From positions 1,248 through 65,247 of the forward strand of contig NZ_CAJYQL010000023.1 in the NCBI RefSeq assembly GCF_913776965.1: a stretch of 64,000 nucleotides of DNA, read 5' to 3'. A program made the position numbers and the translations under genes. The notes below the pieces were generated by a model that did no database searches, was not told where the DNA came from, and saw only the letters and a program-made list of their open reading frames with translations. This DNA is from an uncultured Xylophilus sp. (GTDB taxonomy: Bacteria > Pseudomonadota > Gammaproteobacteria > Burkholderiales > Burkholderiaceae_C). Shown here piece after piece: positions 1-8,838 of this stretch (position 1 is its first letter; the number at the start of each line of letters is the position of its first letter).

Positions 1-785
1 CCCTGGTCCTGGTCCTTGGCGTTGTCGAGCGAATCGCGCGCGTTGGAGATCGCGTCCGCCGAGGTCCGCAGCGACGGGGTGGTCAGGCCCTTCGAGTACA
101 GCACCGTGCGCACCAGGCCGGCGTGATACGCCTCGGCCGCCAGGATGCCGGCGGCGGCCTCCAGGTAGGTCTTGTTGGTGATCAGCGGCGAGGCGCCCTT
201 GTACGCGGTCACGCCCACGTCCTCGAAGATGAAGGCGCCGAGCAGGAAGTTCTCGTCGTTCAGGTACGGATCGAAGGTCTGGCCGGCGGTGATCAGGCCC
301 GCGGCCCGCGCGGCGACCGAGAACGCACTGTTCGGGCCGACGCCGATGTCGATCGCCGGCTGGGCGACCGCTGCGCTGCCGAGTGCGGTGCGCAGGAAGG
401 CGACGTGGGCAGCTTCGTCCTCGGCGATCTCGCGGGCGTACTGCGCCACCACCGGATCGCGGAACGCCACCTGACGGCCACCCTGCACCACACCCTGGGT
501 GCCGGTGCCGCCGAGCTGGTTCTGGCCGAGGCCGGTACCGAAGACGGCGTACTGGTAGAACTGCGCTTCCAGGTATTCCAGGTTCAGCGCGAAGTTGAGG
601 ATGTCCGCGTCCGACGGAGCGCTCTGCGCGACCGAGTCACCGGAACCGCCGCCGCAGGCGGTGAGGATCGCGCCGCCGGCCATGCCGGCCGCGAAGCCGC
701 CGGTCTTTCGGAAGAATTGGCGGCGTTCTGCCTGCTTGGCGGATCGTTGTTGCAGCGCGTTCAGCAGGGTCGGTTCCTGGATCAT
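1..785 (-). CDS. Ferritin-like domain protein, probable Tat-exported lipoprotein (3' end lies beyond the window start; absent from the ORF track because it has no stop in the window)
   Basis: Own translation from ATG at 785 (GAGGAG 6 nt upstream): [46 protein letters not shown]...[23 protein letters not shown]...[12 protein letters not shown]. It has an RRxFF twin-arginine motif, an LTAC lipobox and an LNFALxLEYLEAxFY ferritin-like signature. The frame stays open to base 3. Confidence 0.7.
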   Translation of the reverse strand, partial: MIQEPTLLNALQQRSAKQAERRQFFRKTGGFAAGMAGGAILTACGGGSGDSVAQSAPSDADILNFALNLEYLEAQFYQYAVFGTGLGQNQLGGTGTQGVVQGGRQVAFRDPVVAQYAREIAEDEAAHVAFLRTALGSAAVAQPAIDIGVGPNSAFSVAARAAGLITAGQTFDPYLNDENFLLGAFIFEDVGVTAYKGASPLITNKTYLEAAAGILAAEAYHAGLVRTVLYSKGLTTPSLRTSADAISNARDSLDNAKDQDQ

Positions 786-938
786 GGAGAACTCCTCGGT
801 AATGGAAGGCGGGGCGAAAGTGCCCGGTCGGACCGCATGCACCGCGTCGCGCTCCGTACTTCGGAACACGACCTGGGTGCCGCACGATCTTCATGGGCCA
901 TTACGCAAGCCCCCGTCGCCTGGATGCGTCCCCGATGT

Positions 939-964
939 AGGACGGAATGCCGTCCTTTATTTCG
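939..964. terminator. Stem-loop AGGACGG-aatg-CCGTCCT followed by TTATTT on the + strand; lies just downstream of the minus-strand DUF1345 gene
   Basis: 7-bp perfect stem at 939-945/950-956. The U-tract is present only in the + orientation, and an A-tract is present in the minus orientation. It may act as a bidirectional terminator or insulator. Confidence 0.4.
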
Positions 965-973
965 CGGGCCTCG

Positions 974-1663
974 CTACTGCAACGACCCGGCCAGCGCGTT
1001 GATGCCGAGCGCGAGCACCACCACGTTGAACACGAAGGCCAGAAGGCCATGCCCCATCGCGAGCCGGCGCATGGCGCGGCTCGTGCAGGACACATCGGAC
1101 ACCTGCGAGGTCATGCCGATCACCAGAGAGAAATAGAGGAAGTCGTAATAGTCCGGATCGGCGGTCCCCGGGAAGTCCAGGCCGCCGCCGTCGCGCTCCG
1201 CTGCTGGCGGCTGCGGCTGCAATGGGCCATCCTCCCCGGCCTGGTGGTAGTACCGGTGCGCGTAGTGAAAGGCGAACAGCGAGTGGATCCAGAGCCAGGA
1301 GGCGGCGAGCGCCGCGGCCGACAGTGCCACTCGCAGCGCACGCTCGTCGGCCGGCAGGCCGCGCGACTGTTGCAGCAGGAGCACGATTGCCGCGACGCTG
1401 GCGGTGACCGCGGCCACCATCAGCAGGAACAGCACCGCGGCCGATTCGTCCTGCGCCCGGGCCCGCGCCCGGATCTGCGCCACGTCGAAGCGGGCTGCCA
1501 GCCAAGCCGACAGGCCCAGATGCACCGCCGCGGCGACGGTCCAGCCGAACAGGGCGCTGCCCTCGTGGCCGACCGGCCAGGGCAGCAGGTAGGCTGCGGC
1601 GCCGGCGGCAGCCGCCCAGGCGAGCCGCTGCGGCCCGGTGGTACGTGAGAGAGCGTCGAGCAT
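974..1663 (-). CDS. DUF1345 family integral membrane protein
   Basis: 229-aa ORF with several hydrophobic segments and a C-terminal DFLYFSLVIGMTSQVSDV motif typical of DUF1345. Confidence 0.8.
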   Translation of the reverse strand: MLDALSRTTGPQRLAWAAAAGAAAYLLPWPVGHEGSALFGWTVAAAVHLGLSAWLAARFDVAQIRARARAQDESAAVLFLLMVAAVTASVAAIVLLLQQSRGLPADERALRVALSAAALAASWLWIHSLFAFHYAHRYYHQAGEDGPLQPQPPAAERDGGGLDFPGTADPDYYDFLYFSLVIGMTSQVSDVSCTSRAMRRLAMGHGLLAFVFNVVVLALGINALAGSLQ

Positions 1664-1708
1664 CCGCGGATTGTCGGCCCGCGGGATCGGCCTGCGGTTC
1701 GCGGCGTG

Positions 1709-3670
1709 TCAGCCCGGTCCGCCGGCGAGTCGGGCCGACGACACCGCTTGGCGGACCTGCTCCAGCGCGGCCGGGTCCTCCAGCGTGGTCAGGTCGCCGG
1801 TATCGCGGCCTTCGCAGACTGCCTGGATGGCGCGGCGCAGCAGCTTGCCGCTGCGCGTCTTCGGCAGCATGCCGACGAACAGCACCCGCGCCGGCCGGGC
1901 CACCGCACCGAGCCGGTCCGTCACCCGCTGCCGAATGTCGGCCTCCAGCGCCTCCGCCGCCTCGGGGCCGGCCGCCTGCCGGCGCGGCACCACCAGCGCC
2001 ACCGCTTCCTGGCCTTTCAGCGCATCGGCGACGCCGACCACCGCGACCTCGGCCACCTGCGGGTGGCCCGAGACGATCTCCTCGATCTCGCGGGTGCCGA
2101 GCCGGTGGCCGGCGACGTTGATCACGTCGTCGGTGCGGCCGAGGATGAAATAGAAGCCGTCCGCGTCGCGCGTCGCGTAGTCGAAGGTGCTGTAGACGAA
2201 ACGGCCCGGCACGCTGTTCCAGTAGGTCGCAACGAAGCGTGCGTCGTCGCGCCACACTGTCTGCATGCAGCCGGGCGGCAGCGGCCCCTCGATCGCGAGC
2301 ACGCCCTTCTCGCCGGCACCGTGCAGTTCCTCGCCGGTGGTCTCGTCGAGCAGCTTCACGTCGTAGCCGGCCATCGCCCGGCCCGGGCTGCCGATGCGGC
2401 CGTCGGCCCGCTCGACGCCGTTGGCGACCGTGAGGATCGGCCAGCCGGTCTCGGTCTGCCAGTAGTTGTCCACCACCGGTACCTGCAGCGCGCCAGCGAT
2501 CCATTCGGCGGTCGGGCCATCCAGCGGCTCGCCGGCCAGCCACAGCATGCGCAGGCTGGAGTTGTCGTGCCGCGCCAGGTACGACGGGTCCTGCTTGCGC
2601 AGCACCCGGATCGCGGTCGGCGAGGAAAACATGTGCGTGACCCGGTACTGCTCGACGATCCGCCACCACACCGCCGGGTCGGGCCGGATCGGCAGGCCTT
2701 CGTACAGCACGGTCGCCATGCCGGCGATCAGCGGGCCGTAGACGATGTAGCTGTGGCCGACCACCCAGCCGATGTCGCTGGTGCAGAAAAAGGTCTGGCC
2801 GGGCTGCGCATCGAAGATGTGTTCCATGCTCGCGGCCAGCGCCACCGCATAGCCGCCGGTGTCGCGCTGCACGCCCTTGGGCCGGCCGGTGGTGCCGCTG
2901 GTGTAGAGCGTGTAGCTCGGGTGGGTGGCGTCCACCCACACGCAGGCGACCGGTGCATCGGCCATCTGTTCGCGCAAGTCGTGCCACAGCCGGTCGCGTT
3001 CCGGCACCAGGTCCATGCGGGCCAGGCCGCGGTCGACCAGCAGCAGGTGCGCCGGCGCGTGCCGGGCGAGCCGCAGCGCTTCGTCGAGCAGCGGCTTGTA
3101 CGGGATCACGCGCCCTCCGCGCGAACCCGCGTCGGCGCTGACGATGACGGTCGGCTGCGCGTCGTCGATCCGGCTGGCGAGCGAGGCCGCGGCGAAGCCG
3201 CCGAACACCACCGAATGCAGCGCGCCGATCCGCACCGCGGCGAGCATCGCGAACACCGCCTCGGCCACCATCGGCATGTAGATCAGCACCCGGTCGCCCT
3301 GCTGCACGCCCAGGGCCTGCAGGGCGGCCGCCATGCGCTGGACCTCGGCATGCAGCTGGGCGAAGGTGTAGGTCGCCTCGGTGCCGGTCTCGGTCGAGAC
3401 CGCAATCAGCGCAGGCTGGTCGGCGCGTGTGGGCAGGTGGCGGTCCACCGCGTTGTGGCACAGGTTGAGCGTGCCGCCGGCGAACCAGCGCGCGAACGGG
3501 GCCTGGTGGTAGTCGCAGACCTGCTCGGGCGGCGTGTGCCAATCGATCCTTGCGGCCTGTTCGGACCAGAAGCCGTCGCGGTCCTCGAGCGAACGGCGGT
3601 GGAACGCGGCGTAACCGCCGGGGAAGTCGGCGGAACGGGCGGAATCGGAGGGATGGGCGGCAGCGGTCAA
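1709..3670 (-). CDS. prpE: Propionate--CoA ligase (acyl-CoA synthetase, Acs/PrpE family)
   Basis: 653 aa with a TTG start and GGAGA 5 nt upstream. N-terminus FHRRSLEDRDGFWSEQAARIDW; AMP-binding motif YTSGTTGRPKG; C-terminal LPKTRSGKLLRR. Confidence 0.88.
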   Translation of the reverse strand: MTAAAHPSDSARSADFPGGYAAFHRRSLEDRDGFWSEQAARIDWHTPPEQVCDYHQAPFARWFAGGTLNLCHNAVDRHLPTRADQPALIAVSTETGTEATYTFAQLHAEVQRMAAALQALGVQQGDRVLIYMPMVAEAVFAMLAAVRIGALHSVVFGGFAAASLASRIDDAQPTVIVSADAGSRGGRVIPYKPLLDEALRLARHAPAHLLLVDRGLARMDLVPERDRLWHDLREQMADAPVACVWVDATHPSYTLYTSGTTGRPKGVQRDTGGYAVALAASMEHIFDAQPGQTFFCTSDIGWVVGHSYIVYGPLIAGMATVLYEGLPIRPDPAVWWRIVEQYRVTHMFSSPTAIRVLRKQDPSYLARHDNSSLRMLWLAGEPLDGPTAEWIAGALQVPVVDNYWQTETGWPILTVANGVERADGRIGSPGRAMAGYDVKLLDETTGEELHGAGEKGVLAIEGPLPPGCMQTVWRDDARFVATYWNSVPGRFVYSTFDYATRDADGFYFILGRTDDVINVAGHRLGTREIEEIVSGHPQVAEVAVVGVADALKGQEAVALVVPRRQAAGPEAAEALEADIRQRVTDRLGAVARPARVLFVGMLPKTRSGKLLRRAIQAVCEGRDTGDLTTLEDPAALEQVRQAVSSARLAGGPG

Positions 3671-3799
3671 GCGGGTCTCCTGCAGCGCCGTGCCGCTCCA
3701 AGCATGCTGCAGGGCCGGGCCTGTATTCGGTCGGGAATCGGTCCGCTGCCGATTATTCGGCGGGCGCTTGCGCCAGCCTGACGCGCAGGCCGCGCGCGT

Positions 3800-4408
3800 C
3801 TACTTGATCAGCGCCTGCACGTCGCGGAATGCCGGGTGCTCCGCACTGCGCAGCCACTCGAACAGCACCATCTCGGTCGTCACCAGTTCGGCGCCGGCGC
3901 CGGCCAGGCGGTCGAACGCGGCATCGCGGTTGCGCTCGGTGCGCGAACCGCAGGCGTCGGTGACCACCCAGACCTCGAAGTCGTCGTCCAGCAGATCGAG
4001 CGCCGTCTGCAGCAAGCAGACATGGGCCTCGCAGCCGGCCAGCACCACCGAGGTGGGCGTCGGCTCGGCCGCCGGGGGCGGCGCCTTCTGCAGGTGGCGC
4101 GGCAGGCTGCGGGCGTTGCCCTGCGGCGGACGCGCCGGCGGGCGCAGCCATTCGCCGAGGCCCTCCTCGCAGGCGCTGAAATGCATCTTTGCGAGCGTCC
4201 GTCGGCACAGGCCGCGCAGCGCGGGTGCGAGCGGCCCAAGCTTCGACGGGTTCTGCTCGGTGCCCCACACCGGCACCTCCAGCTGCCGTGCCGCCGTGGC
4301 GAGCCGGACCGCGTTGGCCAGCACGGCCGGCCCGTCGGCGATGGCAGGCATCAGGCGGTCCTGGTAGTCGATGAGGACGAGCTGGGATTCGGAAGCGTCG
4401 AGGAGCAT
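3800..4408 (-). CDS. Isochorismatase-family hydrolase
   Basis: 202 aa. N-terminus SQLVLIDYQDRLMPAI; LAGCEAHVCLLQTALDLL with the catalytic-Cys context typical of cysteine hydrolases. It contains a Pro/Ala-rich insert. Confidence 0.8.
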   Translation of the reverse strand: MLLDASESQLVLIDYQDRLMPAIADGPAVLANAVRLATAARQLEVPVWGTEQNPSKLGPLAPALRGLCRRTLAKMHFSACEEGLGEWLRPPARPPQGNARSLPRHLQKAPPPAAEPTPTSVVLAGCEAHVCLLQTALDLLDDDFEVWVVTDACGSRTERNRDAAFDRLAGAGAELVTTEMVLFEWLRSAEHPAFRDVQALIK

Positions 4409-4477
4409 GGCAACAGCGAAACAGAGTGAGCCCGCAGGCGGGGCGATGCGCCGATTACACCCCAGCCGGTGACCGGG

Positions 4478-5632
4478 TCAGGGCTTGCCGGCCGGATCGA
4501 GCCGCAGCAGCCGGCCCTTGGCGCCGTCGGTCAGCACGTACAGCAGGCCGTCCGGTCCCTGGCGCACGTCGCGGATGCGCTCGCGCAGATCGCCGAGCAG
4601 CTTTTCTTCCGACACGACCCGGGTGCCGTCGAGCACGATCCGGTCCAGGAATTGCGACTTCAATGCACCGACGAACAGGTTGCCCTTCCACGCCGGCCCG
4701 TAGCGGTCGCTGGTCAAGAAAGCCATGCCGGAAGGCGCGATCGACGGCACCCAGTAGTGCAGCGGCTGCTCCATGCCGTCCTTCCTGGTGATGCCGTCGC
4801 CGATCTTGCCGCCGCCGTAGTTCACGCCGTAGGTGATCACCGGCCAGCCGTAGTTGCGTCCGGCCTGCGGCGTGTTGATCTCGTCACCGCCCTGCGGGCC
4901 GTGCTCGTGGGTCCAGAGCCGGCCGTCGGGGGCCAGCGTCGCGCCCTGCACATTCCGATGACCGTAGCTCCAGATCTCCGGCAGCGCACCCGGACGGTTC
5001 ACGAACGGGTTGTCCCGCGGCACCTTGCCGTCCTTGCCGATCCGCACGATCTTCCCGAGGTGGTTGTCGAGTTTCTGTGCCGAGTCCCTGTAGGCAAAGC
5101 GGTCGCCGAGTGTGAGCCACAGCAGCCCATCCCTCCCCTCGACGATTCGGCAGCCGAAGTGGTTGCCGCCCGCTACCTTGGGCTGCTGGCGGAAGAGCAC
5201 TTTCACGTCTTCGAGGCGATCCTGCGCGGTCGACAACCGGGCGCTCGCCAAGGCCGTGCCGGCTCCGCCCTCGCCGGCTTCGGCGTAGCAGAAGTAGATC
5301 TGGCGATTGCGGACGAAGTCCGTATCCGCCACCACGTCGAGCAGGCCGCCCTGCCCCGACGATTCGACATCCGGCACGCTGTCCAGGGTAGATCCCACCT
5401 TGCCGTCCGGCGCGACGATGCGCATGTCGCCGTCACGTTCGGTGACCAGAAAACGGCCGCCCGGCAGGAAGGCCACGGCCCACGGAGTGTCGAGCCCGGT
5501 CGCCAGCGTGACGACCTGGACCCGCATCTGGGCGATCGCAGGTGCCGAAGCAACCGAAAGAGCGATCGTCAGGGTGGAAAACAGCGACCGGAAACAGATC
5601 GACACGGGGGCTTTCAGGGCAAAAACTCGCAT
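4478..5632 (-). CDS. PQQ-dependent sugar dehydrogenase (soluble aldose/sorbosone dehydrogenase, YliI-like), secreted
   Basis: 384 aa with a signal peptide ending APAIAQ. Motifs PWAVAFLPGGRFLVTERDG, GGLLDV, SYGHRNVQG and HGPQGGDEIN are typical of the beta-propeller GSDH family. Confidence 0.88.
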   Translation of the reverse strand: MRVFALKAPVSICFRSLFSTLTIALSVASAPAIAQMRVQVVTLATGLDTPWAVAFLPGGRFLVTERDGDMRIVAPDGKVGSTLDSVPDVESSGQGGLLDVVADTDFVRNRQIYFCYAEAGEGGAGTALASARLSTAQDRLEDVKVLFRQQPKVAGGNHFGCRIVEGRDGLLWLTLGDRFAYRDSAQKLDNHLGKIVRIGKDGKVPRDNPFVNRPGALPEIWSYGHRNVQGATLAPDGRLWTHEHGPQGGDEINTPQAGRNYGWPVITYGVNYGGGKIGDGITRKDGMEQPLHYWVPSIAPSGMAFLTSDRYGPAWKGNLFVGALKSQFLDRIVLDGTRVVSEEKLLGDLRERIRDVRQGPDGLLYVLTDGAKGRLLRLDPAGKP

Positions 5633-5715
5633 GATGAAAAATTACACGATTACGCGGTTGTCCTCAATGTAACCATGCTTGACGTAGGATAGGTCCGACG
5701 ATAGTCTCGCGTTCC

Positions 5716-6285
5716 ATGTCCAGATTGCTCTGCGCCCTGCTGCTCGCCGTGAGTCCCCTCATCGCCACCGCAGCCCCCTCTCCCGCCACTGCAAACCAAG
5801 ACGATCTGGACCGGCTTCTGGCCGACAAGGGCCTGATGTCGCAGTTGAACCATGTCCGCCAATCGGTGACCGAGCGGGCGTCCACCCTGGTGGTGAACGC
5901 GATGGGCTTCATCGGCGTGCCCTACCGGCGCGGCGGCAACTCGGCAGCCTCCGGCTTCGACTGCAGCGGATTTGTCCGCGCCATCTACGGCGAAACCGTG
6001 GGCCATCTGCTGCCACGCCGCGCCAACGAGCAGGCGGCCGCCACCGAGAAGATCGACAAGACCGACCTCCAGCCCGGCGACCTGGTGTTCTTCAACACCA
6101 TGCGCCGCGCCTTCAGCCACGTGGGCATCTACGTCGGCGACGGCAAGTTCATCCACGCGCCCAAACCGGGTGCGCAGGTGCGGGTGGAAGACATGCGCAT
6201 CGGCTACTGGAACAGCCGCTTCGACGGTGCCCGCCGTGTGCAGGCCGACAGCGAGGCCGCCGCCGGTCTGTCGAACACACGCTGA
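5716..6285 (+). CDS. NlpC/P60 (C40) family peptidoglycan peptidase, secreted/lipoprotein
   Basis: 189 aa with a signal peptide. Catalytic Cys context GFDCSGFVRAIY and His context FSHVGIYVGDGKFIHAP. Confidence 0.9.
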   Translation: MSRLLCALLLAVSPLIATAAPSPATANQDDLDRLLADKGLMSQLNHVRQSVTERASTLVVNAMGFIGVPYRRGGNSAASGFDCSGFVRAIYGETVGHLLPRRANEQAAATEKIDKTDLQPGDLVFFNTMRRAFSHVGIYVGDGKFIHAPKPGAQVRVEDMRIGYWNSRFDGARRVQADSEAAAGLSNTR

Positions 6286-6306
6286 CCGTTTTTCTGGACA
6301 CACGAC

Positions 6307-6332
6307 AAAAGCCCGGCATGCCGGGCTTTTTT
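6307..6332 (+). terminator. Rho-independent terminator (bidirectional architecture) after the NlpC/P60 gene
   Basis: AAAA-GCCCGG-catg-CCGGGC-TTTTTT, with A- and T-tracts on both sides. Confidence 0.85.
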
Positions 6333-6371
6333 GCATCCGCGCCCTACGGTAGCAAGGCCGTCGCCGAAGAA

Positions 6372-6399
6372 CGCGGGGCCGGCCTGTGCCGGCCCCGCG
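6372..6399 (-). terminator. GC-rich terminator hairpin of the PDH operon (after lpdA)
   Basis: 12-bp perfect stem CGCGGGGCCGGC-ctgt-GCCGGCCCCGCG starting 8 nt after the lpdA stop. It is followed on the minus strand by UUCUUCGG. Confidence 0.7.
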
Positions 6400-6406
6400 C
6401 GAGACC

Positions 6407-8251
6407 TCAGCGCTTGCGCGCCGGCGGCACGTCGGTGCAGCTGCCGTGGGCGACCTCGGCCGCGAGGCCGACGCTTTCGCCGAGCGTCGGATGCGGGTGG
6501 ATCGTCTTGCCGATGTCCACCGAATCGGCACCCATCTCGATCGCCAGCGCGATCTCGCCGATCATGTCGCCCGCATGGGTGCCGACGATGCCGCCCCCGA
6601 CGATGCGATGCGTCTCGGCGTCGAACAGCAGCTTGGTGAAGCCTTCGTCGCGTCCGTTAGCGATCGCGCGGCCCGAGGCATTCCAGGGGAACAGGCCCTT
6701 CTCGACCTTGATGCCCTCGGCCTTGGCCTGGTCCTCGGTCAGGCCGACCCACGCCACTTCCGGATCGGTGTAGGCCACGCTCGGGATCACCCGGGCGTTG
6801 AAGGCGGCGCTTGCCAGCTTCTCGTTGCCCTGCAGTTCGCCGGCGATGACTTCCGCTGCCACATGCCCTTCGTGCACTGCCTTGTGGGCGAGCATCGGCT
6901 GGCCGACCAGGTCGCCGATCGCGAAGATGTGCGGCACGTTGGTGCGCATCTGAATGTCGACAGGGATGAAGCCGCGGTCGGTCACCGTCACGCCGGCCTT
7001 GTCGGCGCCGACCTTGCCGCCGTTGGGCGTACGGCCGACCGCCTGCAGCACCAGGTCGTAGACCTGCGGCGCCGACGGTGCGCCTTCGCCCTCGAACGTC
7101 ACCTCGATGCCCGCGTCGGTGGCCTTGGCGCCGACCGTCTTGGTCTTGAGCATGATGTTGTCGAAGCGCGGGGCATTCATCTTCTGCCAGACCTTGACCA
7201 GGTCGCGGTCGGCGCCCTGCATCAGGCCGTCGAGCATCTCGACCACGTCGAGCCGCGCGCCGAGCGTGGAATACACCGTGCCCATCTCCAGGCCGATGAT
7301 CCCGCCGCCGACGATCAGCATGCGCTTCGGACGGTCGGCCAGCGCCAGGGCACCGGTCGAGTCGACGACGCGCGGGTCGTTCGGCAGGAACGGCAGGCGC
7401 ACCGCCTGCGAGCCCGCCGCGATGATCGCGCGGCGGAAGCTCACGCTCTGCGTCTGGCCGGTCTTTTCCTGCGCGTTGCCGGAGGTCTCGGCGACCTCGA
7501 GCGTATGGGCGCCGGTGAAGCTGCCCAGGCCGCGCAGGATCGTGACCTTGCGCATCTTGGCCATCGCCGCTAGGCCGCCGGTCAGCTTGCCGATGACCTT
7601 TTCCTTGTGGGTGCGCAGCTTGCCGATGTCCACCTCGGGCTCGGCGTAGGACACACCCAGGTCGGCGAAATGCTTGACCTCGTCCATCACGGCGGCCACG
7701 TGCAGCAGCGCCTTCGAGGGGATGCAGCCCACGTTCAGGCAGACGCCGCCGAGGGTCTGGTACCGCTCCACGATCGCGACCTTCAGGCCCAGGTCCGCTG
7801 CGCGGAAGGCCGCCGAATAGCCGCCGGGGCCACCACCGATCACGACCACGTCGTAGTCGGCATCGGCCGGGCCGGACGATGCTACGGTTTTAGTAGCTGC
7901 CTGCGCAGGTGCGACGGGCGCCGGAGCCGCTTTTGCATCCGAAACTGCCGGTGCAGGGGCCGGTGCCGCTGCAGCGGGAGCCGGTGCCGCCGCAGGTGCA
8001 GATGCCGCCGCATCGGACGACTCCAGGCTCAGCAGCACCGAGCCTTCGGAGATCTTATCGCCGAGCTGGACCTTGACTTCCTTGACCACGCCGGCGTGCG
8101 ACGACGGAATTTCCATCGACGCCTTGTCCGACTCGACCGTGACCAGCGACTGCTCGGCCTTGACCGTGTCGCCGGCCTTGACCAGCACTTCGATGACCGC
8201 CACTTCGGCGAAGTCGCCGATGTCGGGAACCTTGATGTCTACGAGGCTCAT
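6407..8251 (-). CDS. lpdA: Dihydrolipoyl dehydrogenase (PDH E3) with an N-terminal lipoyl domain and Ala/Pro linker
   Basis: 614 aa. Lipoyl domain [13 protein letters not shown]; FAD site VVIGGGPGGYSAA; redox disulfide GGVCLNVGCIPSK; C-terminal HPHPTLGE. Confidence 0.95.
   Translation of the reverse strand: MSLVDIKVPDIGDFAEVAVIEVLVKAGDTVKAEQSLVTVESDKASMEIPSSHAGVVKEVKVQLGDKISEGSVLLSLESSDAAASAPAAAPAPAAAAPAPAPAVSDAKAAPAPVAPAQAATKTVASSGPADADYDVVVIGGGPGGYSAAFRAADLGLKVAIVERYQTLGGVCLNVGCIPSKALLHVAAVMDEVKHFADLGVSYAEPEVDIGKLRTHKEKVIGKLTGGLAAMAKMRKVTILRGLGSFTGAHTLEVAETSGNAQEKTGQTQSVSFRRAIIAAGSQAVRLPFLPNDPRVVDSTGALALADRPKRMLIVGGGIIGLEMGTVYSTLGARLDVVEMLDGLMQGADRDLVKVWQKMNAPRFDNIMLKTKTVGAKATDAGIEVTFEGEGAPSAPQVYDLVLQAVGRTPNGGKVGADKAGVTVTDRGFIPVDIQMRTNVPHIFAIGDLVGQPMLAHKAVHEGHVAAEVIAGELQGNEKLASAAFNARVIPSVAYTDPEVAWVGLTEDQAKAEGIKVEKGLFPWNASGRAIANGRDEGFTKLLFDAETHRIVGGGIVGTHAGDMIGEIALAIEMGADSVDIGKTIHPHPTLGESVGLAAEVAHGSCTDVPPARKR
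8060..8242 (-). repeat. Third, more diverged DNA copy of the lipoyl-domain module (within lpdA)
   Basis: Long identical runs shared with the two aceF copies, e.g. ccatcgacgccttgtc, cagcgactgctcggccttgaccgtgtcgcc and gaagtcgccgatgtcggg. Confidence 0.8.
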
Positions 8252-8838
8252 CGCGAACCTTTCATTTTGAGAGTGAAGATGTCGACCGGACCTTCGGAGT
8301 TGCGGTCGAACGTGCAGCCGGCGTTCACGCCCGCCTGGGCCACTTCCCGGGCGGTCTTAACGCGGCCGTAGACGGCGTGCATCGCGCCGAGCGCGAAGCT
8401 GCGGCCCGAGCCGATGCCCCAGAACTCCTTGAACTCGAACACTTCCCGGTAGCTGTAGAGCCCGAAGATGCCGGCCGCGTTGGCGATCAGCACGCTGAAC
8501 TGGCTCGACTCGTACGGGTCGTTGTCGTCTTCCTTCGTCTGCAGGAAGAAGTGGTCCTTCAGCATCGGGTGCAGGCGCGAGAAGGTGTCGAAGATCTCGT
8601 CGCGGGTGGCGAGCAGCCGCTGCTCCGGGGGCATCGCGGCGAGCGACTTGCGCAGCACCGGAAAGTGCGCCACCGTGCCGGCCATGCCGATGTACGTCGG
8701 CCCGACCGGCGCGTCGAGCTTGAACACCTTGGTGTTGTCCTCGAAGCGATGCAGCAGCCGCGTATCGCCGAAGGTCACCAGGGTGTCCGCGGCGATCGCG
8801 ACTTGGCCGTTCTTGCGAACGGCGACGACGGTCGTCAC
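8248..8838 (-). CDS. HslV/proteasome beta-like Ntn-hydrolase (BPH-like), function unknown
   Basis: 196 aa. The GTG start overlaps the aceF stop (GTGA) and the stop overlaps the lpdA ATG (ATGA). N-terminus [18 protein letters not shown] versus E. coli HslV TTIVSVRRNGHVVIAGD (Thr1, Asp17). TKVFKL versus KKVRRL (Lys33 position), and GIGSG versus AIGSG. The longer track ORF 8248..9423 is read-through into aceF. Confidence 0.75.
   Translation of the reverse strand: MTTVVAVRKNGQVAIAADTLVTFGDTRLLHRFEDNTKVFKLDAPVGPTYIGMAGTVAHFPVLRKSLAAMPPEQRLLATRDEIFDTFSRLHPMLKDHFFLQTKEDDNDPYESSQFSVLIANAAGIFGLYSYREVFEFKEFWGIGSGRSFALGAMHAVYGRVKTAREVAQAGVNAGCTFDRNSEGPVDIFTLKMKGSR

Noticed and set aside
123-1136. A 337-aa + strand ORF at the window start, with nested small ORFs.
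   Set aside because: It is antisense to a well-formed minus-strand gene (the Tat-lipoprotein ferritin-like protein, 1..785) that the ORF track misses because it has no stop in the window. The + translation has no recognisable domain.
1706-3781. A 691-aa ORF on the + strand. Similar very long ORFs occur at 10505..13258 (917 aa), 21924..24347 (807 aa), 41506..44334 (942 aa) and 54279..57836 (1185 aa).
   Set aside because: Each lies antisense to, or out of frame with, a gene that has unmistakable family motifs (prpE, aceE, the GGDEF-EAL sensor, pccB/meaB, carB). Their translations are Arg/Ala/Gly/Pro-rich low-complexity strings with no recognisable motifs. Stop codons are AT-rich and rare in this GC-rich DNA, so long shadow ORFs are expected.
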